64,000 nucleotides of DNA from an uncultured bacterium (GCA_903885965.1 CAISKQ010000035.1:3926-67925); one strand, 5' to 3'. Counted from the first letter of the stretch, positions 8,840-19,170 are shown. A program made the numbers and translations. The notes: generated by a model from the letters alone, not told the origin.

Positions 8840-10120
8840 ATGGATATTATTTCAAGCTCACTGAATGAAATTATTGCGTCCACAAAAATGGCAGGGCAAG
8901 TTTTCGGTTATGTGTGGTTTTTTATCTTACCCCCAGTTTTCTATTTCTTGTTTAAAACTCTTTGGATGTATCATGTTCAAGAAGCTTTTTGGGCCTCAGC
9001 TAGCTGGGTAGTTTTAGAAATAATTCCTCCCAAAAATATTGAAAAAAGCCCGAAACCCATGGAATCTCTTTTTGTGGGTTTTGCTGGTGTAGAAAAAAGC
9101 TTTAACACGCTTGAGGAATTTGTCGAAGGTGGATTTCCGGATTACATGAGTTTTGAGATGGTCAGCGATCAAGGTTCGGTGCATTTTTATGTGCGCTCGA
9201 TGAAAAAATATCGTCATCTAATTGAGGCTCATCTTTATGCTCAATATCCTGACGTGGAAATCGTTGAAGTGCCAGATTATGTTGATAATGTACCTAAGCT
9301 TGTTCCTAATTCTCAATGGGACCTTTGGGGTACTGACATAGCAATGACAAGAGATCATGATGCTTACCCGATTCGAACCTATCCAAGTTATGAAGAATCA
9401 GTAAGTGGGACCATGATTGATCCTTTGGCAGGATTAATTGAAGTTATGGGAAAGCTTGGGCCAGGTCAACACAGTTGGCTACAATGGGTAATTTCACCAG
9501 CTTCTCCAAAATGGAATAGCACGGTCGGAAAAATGCTCGTAGAAAGGCTCAAGGGAAAAGAAAAAAAGAAGGTAGGTATTTTAGATACGATGTGGAAAGA
9601 TTTATTAGAAGTTTTTGGTAGCATATTTAAATATCTCAGCGCACCCGTTGAATTTGAAGGTGAGAAGAAAAAGGATGAGCAGCCACTGGACACACGTCTA
9701 TCTCCAATGGAAAGAGATGTGCTCAAAGCTGTTGAAACAAATTTGGGAAAAATTCAATTTTCTACCAAAGGCAGATTTATTTATCTTGGCAGACGTGAGA
9801 ATTATGACAAATCACTCGGCGTCTCCGCTTTTTGGGGAGCTTTAAAACAATTCGGCGACGATAATTTGAATGGTTTCAAGCCAGATGGAGATTCTAAAAC
9901 TTTTGCAAATTATATTTTTAAAGTTTCACGTTTGAGATATCGGCAACGAAAACTTTTCCGCAGATATAAGAACAGAAGTAGGGATGGGGTCACAACAGTA
10001 TTAAGCAGTGAGGAACTGGCTACAATATATCACTTGCCAGATATGAATGTTATGGCTCCATCAATTTCACGAGTTGAAGCAAAGCGTGGTGGCGCACCTT
10101 CAAATTTGCCAATTGAATAA
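8840..10120 (+). CDS. Membrane protein (N-terminal TM helices) of unknown function, immediately upstream of the TraD/TrwB-like ATPase
   Basis: Hydrophobic N-terminal segments 'VFGYVWFFILPPVFYFLF' and 'SWVVLEIIPP'. Soluble remainder with no recognised domain. Confidence 0.45.
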   Translation: MDIISSSLNEIIASTKMAGQVFGYVWFFILPPVFYFLFKTLWMYHVQEAFWASASWVVLEIIPPKNIEKSPKPMESLFVGFAGVEKSFNTLEEFVEGGFPDYMSFEMVSDQGSVHFYVRSMKKYRHLIEAHLYAQYPDVEIVEVPDYVDNVPKLVPNSQWDLWGTDIAMTRDHDAYPIRTYPSYEESVSGTMIDPLAGLIEVMGKLGPGQHSWLQWVISPASPKWNSTVGKMLVERLKGKEKKKVGILDTMWKDLLEVFGSIFKYLSAPVEFEGEKKKDEQPLDTRLSPMERDVLKAVETNLGKIQFSTKGRFIYLGRRENYDKSLGVSAFWGALKQFGDDNLNGFKPDGDSKTFANYIFKVSRLRYRQRKLFRRYKNRSRDGVTTVLSSEELATIYHLPDMNVMAPSISRVEAKRGGAPSNLPIE

Positions 10121-10135
10121 GCTAGCTGCTAGCTT
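10119..10135. repeat. Perfect palindrome AAGCTAGC-T-GCTAGCTT overlapping the stop codon of the membrane-protein gene; further TAGCT repeats follow
   Basis: Seen directly in the sequence. The short palindrome is unlikely to be an RNA hairpin (1 nt centre), so a protein-binding site is more plausible. Confidence 0.3.
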
Positions 10136-10201
10136 CATTAGCTGTTAGCTTTTAGGAAGTAAAATAATTTTTTTCAATAATTTCTAAACGACAACGATCG
10201 T

Positions 10202-12238
10202 ATGAATAATAGTGAAATTGCTTTTTTTGCAAAAACTAATTTTCGAAATCAAGAGAGGGTCTTCGGAATCAAAACCGACGATAGACGAAGGCATATGTAT
10301 ATCATCGGAAAAACCGGTATGGGAAAAACTAACCTGCTGGAAAATTTGGTGGTGCAAGACATTCGCAATGGGCATGGAATTTGTTATATCGATCCTCATG
10401 GTGACACAGCCGAGAAACTGCTCAAAGCAATTCCGACGAACAGAATAAATGATGTTATCTATTTAAATCCTTCCGATCAAAATTTTCCACTGGCTTTCAA
10501 TGTTATGGAATCAGTTGATCCAGATTACAGGCATCTTGTCTCATCTGGACTTATTGGGGTTTTCAAGAAGATTTGGGCCGATTCATGGGGACCTCGTTTG
10601 GAATATATCCTGCGAAATGCAATCTTGGCACTTTTGGAATATCCAGGCAGCACATTGCTCGGAGTGACTCGAATCTTGGTGGATAAAAAATATCGAGAAA
10701 GAGTAGTTGATAAAGTTACTGACCCAGTAATCAGACAATTTTGGGTGGATGAATTCCCGAAATGGAGCGACAAAGTTTTGCAAGAAGTCGTCTCGCCGAT
10801 CCAAAACAAAGTCGGTCAATTTCTTTCAAGTTCACTCATTCGAAACATCGTTGGTCAAACTCAGTCATCTTTTGATATTCGAGATATTATGGATTCTCGG
10901 AAGATCCTTATTTTAAACTTGTCCAAGGGGCGTATCGGAGAAGACAACAGTGCGCTTTTGGGGGCTATGATGATCACGAAAATTCAGCTAGCTGCCATGG
11001 GTCGCGTTGACATTGAAGAAGACACCCGAAATGATTTTTATCTTTATGTGGATGAGTTTCAAAACTTTGCTACAGAGTCATTCGCAAACATCTTATCGGA
11101 AGCTCGAAAATATCATCTTAATTTGATTTTAGCAAATCAATATATTACCCAGATTGATGAAAAAGTTCGCGATGCCATCTTTGGTAATGCCGGAACAATA
11201 GTTTCTTTTCGCGTTGGCGCAATGGATGCAGAATTTTTGGAAAAGGAATTCGAACCAGTTTTCATGCAAAATGATATTGTCAATTTGCCGAAATATAACG
11301 TGTATCTGAAATTGATGATTGATGGTATTGCAGGGGATGCATTTTCTGCAAAAGTTTTACCGCCGGTACGTATTGAAGATACAATAGAAAATGAGCAGAA
11401 AATAATTGCTGCCTCAAGAGAAAAATATGCCTCAAGCAAAGATGAAGTTGAGGATAAAATCTCAAGATGGTCAGGGATTATGCCAGCAGCTGGCTTTCAG
11501 ACTGTTAATAAGCCACCCGTGGCTTCATATGGCCCGAACCCAGTCATTATTCAGCAACAGCAGCGCCCTCAGCAGGCTTATGCGTCTCAAACTCAACCAG
11601 GGTCAAATCCAAGGCCCATGGCGCAACCAGTGTTTAATTCTGCCCCTGTCAGGCCTCAGCAGGCCACTGTCGCCCAGAAGGCGCCCTTAGTCAATCAGCC
11701 ACAGCAATTTCAACAAGCTCCGGCACCCGTGACTAAACCTCAAGTGCAACCCATTGAGGAAAATCAAGATTATTACGTTAAACCGATTGACACCCGGCCT
11801 AGGTTTGATGCTATTTGTGATATGTGCAATGATCATATTCAAGTGCCATTTCAACCAGACGGATCGCGTCCAACTTTTTGCAAAGATTGTTTAAAGGAAT
11901 ATCAGCGCATGACTGCCAAAGAAAAACTTATGCAGGAACAAAAAATGCAGCGACAACACGAAGATAAACAAGGGGATGAATATCAGCAACAACCAGCTGC
12001 GCAGCCAAGCAGGATTCCTCGACAGGAGGTTCCACGGGTAACGCCGCAACCCACTAGCGAACCTGCTCAAAAAAATGTGCAGCAAAAAACCTATGCGCCG
12101 CAAGAAAGACCTATGTCACTTTCGCAGATGCAATATATTGCTCCAAAAAAATTCAACTCGCAGCGTCAACGGCCGAATGTAAATTTGGATGAAGTTCGCA
12201 GTTTGATAAATTCTTCACAGCAAAGAAGGGAAGAATAG
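10202..12238 (+). CDS. TraD/TrwB/VirD4-like (type IV secretion coupling-protein family) P-loop ATPase with a Q/P-rich C-terminal region and a terminal CxxC...CxxC zinc-ribbon-like motif
   Basis: Walker A 'IIGKTGMGKT' followed by 'YIDPHGD', and a DExx-like 'LYVDEF'. Residues ~430-600 are low-complexity Q/P-rich. The C-terminal 'CDMCNDH...FCKDCL' is zinc-ribbon-like. Confidence 0.6.
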   Translation: MNNSEIAFFAKTNFRNQERVFGIKTDDRRRHMYIIGKTGMGKTNLLENLVVQDIRNGHGICYIDPHGDTAEKLLKAIPTNRINDVIYLNPSDQNFPLAFNVMESVDPDYRHLVSSGLIGVFKKIWADSWGPRLEYILRNAILALLEYPGSTLLGVTRILVDKKYRERVVDKVTDPVIRQFWVDEFPKWSDKVLQEVVSPIQNKVGQFLSSSLIRNIVGQTQSSFDIRDIMDSRKILILNLSKGRIGEDNSALLGAMMITKIQLAAMGRVDIEEDTRNDFYLYVDEFQNFATESFANILSEARKYHLNLILANQYITQIDEKVRDAIFGNAGTIVSFRVGAMDAEFLEKEFEPVFMQNDIVNLPKYNVYLKLMIDGIAGDAFSAKVLPPVRIEDTIENEQKIIAASREKYASSKDEVEDKISRWSGIMPAAGFQTVNKPPVASYGPNPVIIQQQQRPQQAYASQTQPGSNPRPMAQPVFNSAPVRPQQATVAQKAPLVNQPQQFQQAPAPVTKPQVQPIEENQDYYVKPIDTRPRFDAICDMCNDHIQVPFQPDGSRPTFCKDCLKEYQRMTAKEKLMQEQKMQRQHEDKQGDEYQQQPAAQPSRIPRQEVPRVTPQPTSEPAQKNVQQKTYAPQERPMSLSQMQYIAPKKFNSQRQRPNVNLDEVRSLINSSQQRREE

Positions 12239-12383
12239 CAAGCCATTGCTTGAAAGAATATGGAAAAAGATGCGTAGAACTGATTATGTGCAAGTATATC
12301 TATATTGAATTGAATTAAGCAACAAATTTAAGAAAATAAATCTGATTCTTTCTAAGAGACTCAAATCTTATTTAAAAGAGTGT

Positions 12384-12605
12384 ATGAAAAATAAGTTTTT
12401 AACTTTTTTGTTAATAATTGGCTTGCCAATAGTTGTTGTAGCTATTATTTATATTAACCTTTCCAAAAATTCAAGTCAGGACGCTGCAAGTCCAGCTTCC
12501 TCATCGGTCAGTAGTAGCACTTCCTCCAGTCAAAAGAGTTATGCAACATCTACACAATCAACAAAAAATTCCGCACAACCGACAAAAAGTACGCGTGTTT
12601 CCTAG
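12384..12605 (+). CDS. Small signal-anchored Ser/Thr-rich protein
   Basis: 73 aa. Hydrophobic N-terminus 'FLTFLLIIGLPIVVVAIIYI' then a low-complexity S/T-rich tail, followed by a clean terminator. Confidence 0.35.
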   Translation: MKNKFLTFLLIIGLPIVVVAIIYINLSKNSSQDAASPASSSVSSSTSSSQKSYATSTQSTKNSAQPTKSTRVS

Positions 12606-12625
12606 GAATTAGTAGACATAAGATT

Positions 12626-12668
12626 AAAACATCTCACTAATATAACAGTTGAGATGTTTTTTGTATCG
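12626..12668 (+). terminator. Rho-independent terminator (AAAACATCTCA / TGAGATGTTTT + T-run)
   Basis: 11 bp perfect stem, 13 nt loop, then TTTTTTG. Confidence 0.6.
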
Positions 12669-12721
12669 CATAACTGGCAAATCTGATATAATAAATAACA
12701 TAAATACAAATATATTAATAT

Positions 12722-13792
12722 ATGAATCGGAAAATAATCGAATTAACTTTGAGTATATTGACAATGGTTTTTGCATTTATATCTTGGTGGTCTGTTGCTC
12801 GAATCTTTGATGTTTCCGGTGCAAGTAGTTGGACGTCTTCAATGATATCTTTTATATTCTATCTTGTCTTGATTTGTTTGGATATTGCATTATTTACTGA
12901 TATTGTTTTGCTAGAACTATTGTTGACTGGTTCTCTAGTCTTGGGCGTGGTCTTTACGGGTAGCTTGTGGCATCTTTTGGGTGCAATTATTGGCAGTTAT
13001 TTTTTGTTTTTATCTTCTCGAAAAATTCGTCGAGATTTTAAATTGAACGTGAAAATTGATTTTCAAAAATCACTTCGGGCTGGAAAGGCAATGATGATTC
13101 TAGCGATTTCACTTGTTATTTCAGTTCAATATTTTTCGATTGTGAATCGGCTCGATGGTCAGATACTAATTCCGCGCATGGCGATAGGTGGTATTTCCAG
13201 TAAGATTGCTCTTAAGATTTTATCTTTAACCGATCAAAATTTTAAATCACTGGAAAATGCGAACATTACAGTCGATGACTTTATCCTGCAAACTCAAAAA
13301 AATCAAATCGCAAAGCAAAATTTGCAAACTTCTGATTCCAGTGTTTCTCAAATGGTTGAGCAGGAATTGGATAAACAAAACATATCTCCAGCTGATCGTG
13401 AGCAACTTCGAGCTCAAGCAGCTGATAAAATAAATAATTTAAATTCGCAGATTAACAGCGATGAGCAAGCACTCATATTGAAGGGTGGGAGAGATCAACT
13501 ATCAACACTTGTTGGTAGAAACGTTCAAGGATCTGAAAATGTTTCAAACGTCATGGCAGAACTTGTTAGCAAAAAAATTGAAAATACTTTCACTCCTAGC
13601 GTCACTGGGCAGCAGCGCTCATCTTCTTTTGCGGGAGTACTTGCTGGGATATTATTCTTCACTGTCCTTTCTATTGGCTCTTTGCTAAGTTTCATTTTTT
13701 TTGGTCTGAGTTGGCTAATATTTTTACTTTTAACTAAGTTTAAATTTATTGAAATCAAAACGATAACAGTCGAAAAGGAAATAATCTTGTAG
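12722..13792 (+). CDS. Membrane protein with central coiled-coil/Q-rich region, unknown function
   Basis: Multiple hydrophobic segments at both ends with a polar Q/N/S-rich middle; no recognised domain. Confidence 0.45.
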   Translation: MNRKIIELTLSILTMVFAFISWWSVARIFDVSGASSWTSSMISFIFYLVLICLDIALFTDIVLLELLLTGSLVLGVVFTGSLWHLLGAIIGSYFLFLSSRKIRRDFKLNVKIDFQKSLRAGKAMMILAISLVISVQYFSIVNRLDGQILIPRMAIGGISSKIALKILSLTDQNFKSLENANITVDDFILQTQKNQIAKQNLQTSDSSVSQMVEQELDKQNISPADREQLRAQAADKINNLNSQINSDEQALILKGGRDQLSTLVGRNVQGSENVSNVMAELVSKKIENTFTPSVTGQQRSSSFAGVLAGILFFTVLSIGSLLSFIFFGLSWLIFLLLTKFKFIEIKTITVEKEIIL

Positions 13793-13807
13793 TTGCGACG
13801 TAGAATT

Positions 13808-13847
13808 AATTAGCACTCATCATTAGGGATTGCTAATTTTTTGTTTT
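13808..13847 (+). terminator. Rho-independent terminator (AATTAGCA / TGCTAATT + TTTTTTG)
   Basis: 8 bp stem, 15 nt loop, T-run. Confidence 0.5.
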
Positions 13848-13949
13848 CAAGGTAGACTATTTTAAGTAGAGTATTATCCCTGAAAAATATGTCAAAATAG
13901 AACTTATGTGCTTGCCCTTATAAATGTAATAAAAGTATCAATAAAATAT

Positions 13950-15065
13950 ATGGCAAAAGATTTATATGAAACTCTAGGTGTCAACAAAGGCGCCAATGAT
14001 GATGAAATAAAAAAAGCATATCGGAAACTTGCGCACAAGCATCATCCAGATAAAACAGGCGGAAACGCTGATAAGTTCAAGGAGATAAATGCTGCTTATC
14101 AAGTTCTCTCAGATAAGGAAAAACGTAGCCAATATGACCAATATGGGCAGACTTTTGAACAAGGGCAGCGTGGCGGAGGCGGTCAAGGCTTCGGCGGTTT
14201 CTCCTCACAAGGTTTTGATTTTTCCGGCTTCCAGCAAGGCGGAGGTGGTCAAGGCTTTGAATTTGGTGGCGGTTTCGAAGATATTTTTTCTGATATTTTT
14301 GGAGGTGGTGGAGGTCGAGGGGGAAGTTCTCAAAAAGCTGGTCGCGACATTCAGATTGATGCTGAAATAAGTTTTGAAGAAATGGTCAAAGGCGCACATC
14401 GAGAAGTCTCATTGCTTCGCAGAGTCGTTTGCGGTCTGTGTAAGGGAAGTGGTGGCGAGCCTGGTGCAAAAGAAGAAAACTGTCATACTTGCAAGGGTTC
14501 AGGTCAAATCAAACAGACCGTGCGGAGTTTTTTTGGCACATTTGTTCAAGCCTCAACTTGTCCGACATGCTCAGGCAGCGGAAAAACTTATGCTAAAAAG
14601 TGCCATAAATGCAGTGGTGAAGGCCGAGTTCGAGAACAGCAATCAATAGCTTTTGACATTCCGGCAGGAATTTCTAATGGTCAAACTATTTCACTTCAAG
14701 GTCAGGGCGAGGCTGGAGAAAGAGGTTCTTCTAATGGAGATTTATTTGTTAACATTCACATAAAGCAGCATAACTTTTTTGAGAGAAAAGGCAACGATAT
14801 TTTGTCGACTGAGCACATCTCATATTCTCAGGCTGTCCTGGGTGACAAGATAAGCGTGCGAACAATTAATGAGAATATCAGCATTAAAATTCCTGCCGGC
14901 ACTCAAGGCGGCGAAACATTTCGCATCAAGGAGCAAGGCGTGCCGCAACTTGGCAGAAACTCTGCTCGCGGTCATCAATTAGTTAAGATTATTGTAGACG
15001 TGCCAAAAAATTTGAGTCGCGATCAAAAGAAACTCTTGGAAGAATTGAAGAAAAGTGGATTATAA
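13950..15065 (+). CDS. dnaJ: Molecular chaperone DnaJ
   Basis: J domain with 'HPDK'; G/F-rich region; four CxxCxGxG zinc-finger repeats. No adjacent dnaK/grpE in this window. Confidence 0.9.
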   Translation: MAKDLYETLGVNKGANDDEIKKAYRKLAHKHHPDKTGGNADKFKEINAAYQVLSDKEKRSQYDQYGQTFEQGQRGGGGQGFGGFSSQGFDFSGFQQGGGGQGFEFGGGFEDIFSDIFGGGGGRGGSSQKAGRDIQIDAEISFEEMVKGAHREVSLLRRVVCGLCKGSGGEPGAKEENCHTCKGSGQIKQTVRSFFGTFVQASTCPTCSGSGKTYAKKCHKCSGEGRVREQQSIAFDIPAGISNGQTISLQGQGEAGERGSSNGDLFVNIHIKQHNFFERKGNDILSTEHISYSQAVLGDKISVRTINENISIKIPAGTQGGETFRIKEQGVPQLGRNSARGHQLVKIIVDVPKNLSRDQKKLLEELKKSGL

Positions 15066-15098
15066 ACTATCATACGATGTTATTTTTGGGTATATAAA

Positions 15099-15124
15099 GC
15101 GAGCAAAAAATGCTCGTTTTATAC
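15099..15124 (+). terminator. Candidate rho-independent terminator after dnaJ
   Basis: AAGCGAGCA-aaaaa-TGCTCGTTT stem (one G-U pair) followed by TTTTAT. Confidence 0.45.
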
Positions 15125-15197
15125 ATTTTACGGATTTCTAAAAAAAGGGTATAATAAAAAAAATAATAAACCTTAACTTAAAATACAAATAAAAATA

Positions 15198-17267
15198 ATG
15201 AACAATGAAACACTAGGAATTTTGTTTGCTCCAAAATCAATTGCTATTGTTGGTGCTTCAAATAAAAAAGGCAAAATAGGTACCGTGCTGGCAGACAACA
15301 TAATAAAACTTGGATACAAAGGAAAGGTCTATTTTGTAAATCCTTCATACGGGATGATTGGCCTGCGAAAATGCTATGCAACGCTGGAGGAAATTCCAAA
15401 GGAAGTTGATTTGGCAATTCTAGCCATTCCGGCCAAATTCGTGCTTGAGACAATCGAGAAATCTGCAAATAAAGTTAAGAATTTTGTCATAATTTCTGCG
15501 GGTTTTTCAGAAACGGGTGCAAGTGGAAAAAAGCTTGAAGATAAAATTAATCAATTAGCACGGAGCAAAAAACTTAACATTCTTGGACCGAATTGTTTAG
15601 GCTTTATTGCTCCTACAGTTAAGCTTAACGCTTCTTTCGCTGGTGGCATGCCTGCGGTTGGGAATATTGCTTTTGTGTCACAATCTGGAGCGCTTGCAGT
15701 AGCACTGATGGATAAGGCAAAGAAAGAGAATTTGGCTTTTTCAAAAATTGTTTCAATCGGAAACAAGATGCAAATTTCAGAGTCACAATTGATCGAATAT
15801 TTGGGAAATGATGAACGTACGAAAGTTATTGGGATGTATTTAGAGGGAATTAAGGATGGGGAAGCATTTTTGAAAGCAGCTAGCAAGGTTTCAATGAAAA
15901 AACCTATCGTAATTTTGAAAGCGGGAAAAACAGCCAAAACTTTGCTCGCAATAGCCTCGCACACAGGAGCAATGGCAGGAAGTGATGAAATTACAAGTGT
16001 TGCGTTTGAAAAGGCTGGCGTGATAAGGGCAAATGATTTGGATGAATTTTTGAATTTGCTTAAATTGATTAGCAATTGCGATTCTCCGAAAAGCTCTTTA
16101 TGTGGCGTCATCACCAATGCTGGAGGCGCAGGTGTTTTAGCGACAGATGCTTTCAAAGATAAAAACTTAGTACTGGCAGATATCTCTGCTGCTGCAAGAA
16201 AGAAATTAAAAAAAATCCTCCCAGCCGAATCTTCAATTGAAAATCCGATTGACCTTTTGGGTGATGCTCAGGAAGATCGCTATCAGGATGTGTTGGAAAT
16301 TTTGCACAAAGAAAAAATCGAAAATATCTTTTGTTTACTAACCCCTCAGGGTCAAACGAGAGTTGAGCAGATTGCCATTACTGCGATGACATTTTCTCGG
16401 AAAAGAGATATAAATATCATTCCTGTTTTTATTGGAGGCGAAAAAATTGCTAAAGCGCTTAGGGGTTTCGCAACAGAAGGTTTGGTAAATTTTGCCACAC
16501 CTGAAACGGCAATCAGTTCGCTGGAAAAATATCGAATTTGGCAGCTATTTGCTGATAATAGTGCAAAAGTCTCGAATTTGAAGCTTGATGATAGCAGAAG
16601 GCGGCAGTCACAGGCAATAATCACAAAAGCTATTTCTGAAAAACGTAAAGCGCTTTCTTTTGCAGATTCTGCAAAAATAATGGAACTTTATGGCATTGGG
16701 GCGGTTGCTCACGCAACTGTAACTGATGAAAATATAGACAATTTAAAACTCGGTTTTCCCTTGGCGCTTAAGGTTGATTCGGATTTGATTTTGCATAAAA
16801 CCGATCAAGGCGGGTTGCGTTTGGGTATTAAAAATGAAGAAGAATTGCAAGAAGCTTTCGGTGAAATGCAAAAAAGTTTTCCTGGAGAAATGATTATTGC
16901 GCAAGCCCAAGTTGATAAATTTGCAGAAATAATTTTAGGCATCAAGAGAGACCCAATTTTCGGACCAGTAATTGTCTATGGCCTGGGTGGTATCTATACT
17001 GAGATTTTCAAGTTGGTAAATTTCCTGCTGACTCCCATGAATCTCAAGGAAATTGAAGCGCAAATCCTGAAAAGCAAAATAAATTTTTTGTTCAAAGGCG
17101 CCAGGGGTCAGGCCGTATGCAATAGTAAAGAGCTGGCTAAAATTTTATTTGGGCTGATGTATTTCGCTCAAGAGAACCCTCAGGTAAATGAGTTCGACAT
17201 TAATCCGCTCTTTATATATAATAATGGGCAAGATGCATGTGCTGTTGATATTAAAATTATATTTTAG
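15198..17267 (+). CDS. Acetate--CoA ligase (ADP-forming), fused alpha/beta
   Basis: N-terminal CoA-binding 'IAIVGASNKKGKIG', succinyl-CoA-synthetase-like flavodoxin domain, and C-terminal ATP-grasp. 689 aa, typical of NDP-forming acyl-CoA synthetases. Confidence 0.8.
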   Translation: MNNETLGILFAPKSIAIVGASNKKGKIGTVLADNIIKLGYKGKVYFVNPSYGMIGLRKCYATLEEIPKEVDLAILAIPAKFVLETIEKSANKVKNFVIISAGFSETGASGKKLEDKINQLARSKKLNILGPNCLGFIAPTVKLNASFAGGMPAVGNIAFVSQSGALAVALMDKAKKENLAFSKIVSIGNKMQISESQLIEYLGNDERTKVIGMYLEGIKDGEAFLKAASKVSMKKPIVILKAGKTAKTLLAIASHTGAMAGSDEITSVAFEKAGVIRANDLDEFLNLLKLISNCDSPKSSLCGVITNAGGAGVLATDAFKDKNLVLADISAAARKKLKKILPAESSIENPIDLLGDAQEDRYQDVLEILHKEKIENIFCLLTPQGQTRVEQIAITAMTFSRKRDINIIPVFIGGEKIAKALRGFATEGLVNFATPETAISSLEKYRIWQLFADNSAKVSNLKLDDSRRRQSQAIITKAISEKRKALSFADSAKIMELYGIGAVAHATVTDENIDNLKLGFPLALKVDSDLILHKTDQGGLRLGIKNEEELQEAFGEMQKSFPGEMIIAQAQVDKFAEIILGIKRDPIFGPVIVYGLGGIYTEIFKLVNFLLTPMNLKEIEAQILKSKINFLFKGARGQAVCNSKELAKILFGLMYFAQENPQVNEFDINPLFIYNNGQDACAVDIKIIF

Positions 17268-17395
17268 TTCTAAATATTAATTGGTGAGAGATTTTTGTGT
17301 GCTGAGTTGCCTTTGATTTGTTAGGGCTATGTAAATTACAGTATTTGATATATAATGCATAGATAATATACAAAAGAAACATCGCAAAAACGTTT

Positions 17396-19129
17396 ATGGC
17401 AAAATGGCTAAGCAGAGAGCTAGTTGAGATTCCTTCTGAATTTTCACTGAAATTGCATTCCCTGGTAAAGCAAATTCTATTTTCTCGAGGACTCAAATCA
17501 GAAAAGGAGCTTCAGGCGTTCATTGCGCCAGATTATCAAACGGATTGTCTTAATCCGTTTCTTTTTTGTGAGATGGAAAAACTTATTGAAAGAATCAGGC
17601 TTGCGCGCGACCTCAAAGAAAAAGTGATAATTTTTGGCGACTATGATGCAGATGGTATCACCTCAAGTGCTATCCTGAAAGAAACTTTCAGTGAGCTTGG
17701 AGTTGACGCCGATGTCTACATCCCTGACAAGCGAACCGAAGGATATGGCCTTAATTTGCTAGCTATCGATATCTTTAAAATTGCCGGCGTGAAATTGATT
17801 ATCACTGTGGACTGTGGCATTACTAGTTTTGCTGAGACTGAAAAAGCCAAGCAGTATGGGATTGATGTCATCATTACCGACCATCATCATGTTCCAGAAA
17901 AGCTGCCAAATGCACTGGCAATTATTAATCCTCATCAGAAAAATTGTGGTTATCCATTTGAAGATTTAGCGGGAGTAGGAGTAGCTTTCAAGGTTGTGCA
18001 GGCGATTTATGAAAAATTGATGCCAGAAAAGATTGGACAGACAAAATGGATGTTGGACTTAGTTTCAATTGGAACCATAGCTGATTGCGTTCCCTTGATT
18101 GGAGAAAACAGATTATTCGTGAAGTATGGCTTAGTTGTTCTTTCGAAGACTCGCCGAGTTGGTCTTTTAGAGCTGTTTACTGTGGGTAGAATAGTTATTG
18201 ATGAATCTGCTATTCCTGATACGAAAAAAGTTTCTTTTTACATAGCGCCAAGAATAAACGCTGCAGGCAGAATCAATCATGCCAACTTGGCATACAATTT
18301 GATAGTTGAAAAAGATACGGTTCGCGCTCGAGATTTTGCCTTAGAGTTGGAAGAAAATAACATTGAGCGACAAAAGATTACGGCTGAAGTTGTCAAAGAA
18401 ATCAAGTCATTGGCTGAAAATTCTTATAAAAACAAAAAAATTATTTTTGCAATTAGCGATCATTTTCCAATTGGCGTAGTTGGCTTGGTGGCTGGAAAAA
18501 TTGCGCAAATGTTTAATAAACCGACAGCTATTTTTCAAAAGGGAACTGATGAAAGCAAGGGATCTTTTCGAAGCATTCCACAGATAAACATTATTGAATC
18601 CATCGGAAAGTGTAGTCATTTGCTGCTAAAATTTGGTGGACACAGTCAAGCCGCAGGAGTATCGGTGCGAAATGACCAAATGGAAAATTTCCAGAAGGCA
18701 TTAGAGGAAATAATTGAAAAGCAACTCGAGGGAATTGAATTAGAATCAGAAATTATTATTGATGGGCAGGTGGAAACAAAGGAAATAGGTTTCGATTTAA
18801 TCGCTGATATTGAAAAGCTTAAGCCTTTCGGAATGGGCAATGCTGAACCAATAATACTAGTAAAAAATCTAGTTATTAATGAAAAAAGATTCCTTGGATC
18901 TGAAAAGAAACATGTGAAATTCTTGCTCTCCCTAGCCGAAAAAAATTCCTCAGACAATGAAAGCATGCGAGTCTTTGAAGCGATTAGCTTTAATGGCGGT
19001 GAGAAATTTGCGTCGCTGAAAGAAAATGATCAGATTGACATTCTGTGCAACATCCAAAAGGACGACTGGAACGGGAATAGCAGAATTCAGCTTAACGTAG
19101 TTGATATGAGAATTAGCAAGATAAGTTAG
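17396..19129 (+). CDS. recJ: Single-stranded-DNA-specific exonuclease RecJ
   Basis: DHH motifs ('IIFGDYDADGITS', 'IITDHHH'), DHHA1 domain ('GGHSQAAG'), C-terminal OB-like region. Confidence 0.9.
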   Translation: MAKWLSRELVEIPSEFSLKLHSLVKQILFSRGLKSEKELQAFIAPDYQTDCLNPFLFCEMEKLIERIRLARDLKEKVIIFGDYDADGITSSAILKETFSELGVDADVYIPDKRTEGYGLNLLAIDIFKIAGVKLIITVDCGITSFAETEKAKQYGIDVIITDHHHVPEKLPNALAIINPHQKNCGYPFEDLAGVGVAFKVVQAIYEKLMPEKIGQTKWMLDLVSIGTIADCVPLIGENRLFVKYGLVVLSKTRRVGLLELFTVGRIVIDESAIPDTKKVSFYIAPRINAAGRINHANLAYNLIVEKDTVRARDFALELEENNIERQKITAEVVKEIKSLAENSYKNKKIIFAISDHFPIGVVGLVAGKIAQMFNKPTAIFQKGTDESKGSFRSIPQINIIESIGKCSHLLLKFGGHSQAAGVSVRNDQMENFQKALEEIIEKQLEGIELESEIIIDGQVETKEIGFDLIADIEKLKPFGMGNAEPIILVKNLVINEKRFLGSEKKHVKFLLSLAEKNSSDNESMRVFEAISFNGGEKFASLKENDQIDILCNIQKDDWNGNSRIQLNVVDMRISKIS

Positions 19130-19134
19130 TGGCT

Positions 19135-19170
19135 AGTTGTTTGCATAAGTTTCAAAATAAACAACTTTTT
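19135..19170 (+). terminator. Candidate terminator hairpin (AGTTGTTT / AAACAACT + TTTTT) between recJ and the glycosyltransferase
   Basis: 8 bp stem, 16 nt loop, T-run ending 2 nt before the next ATG. Confidence 0.4.
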
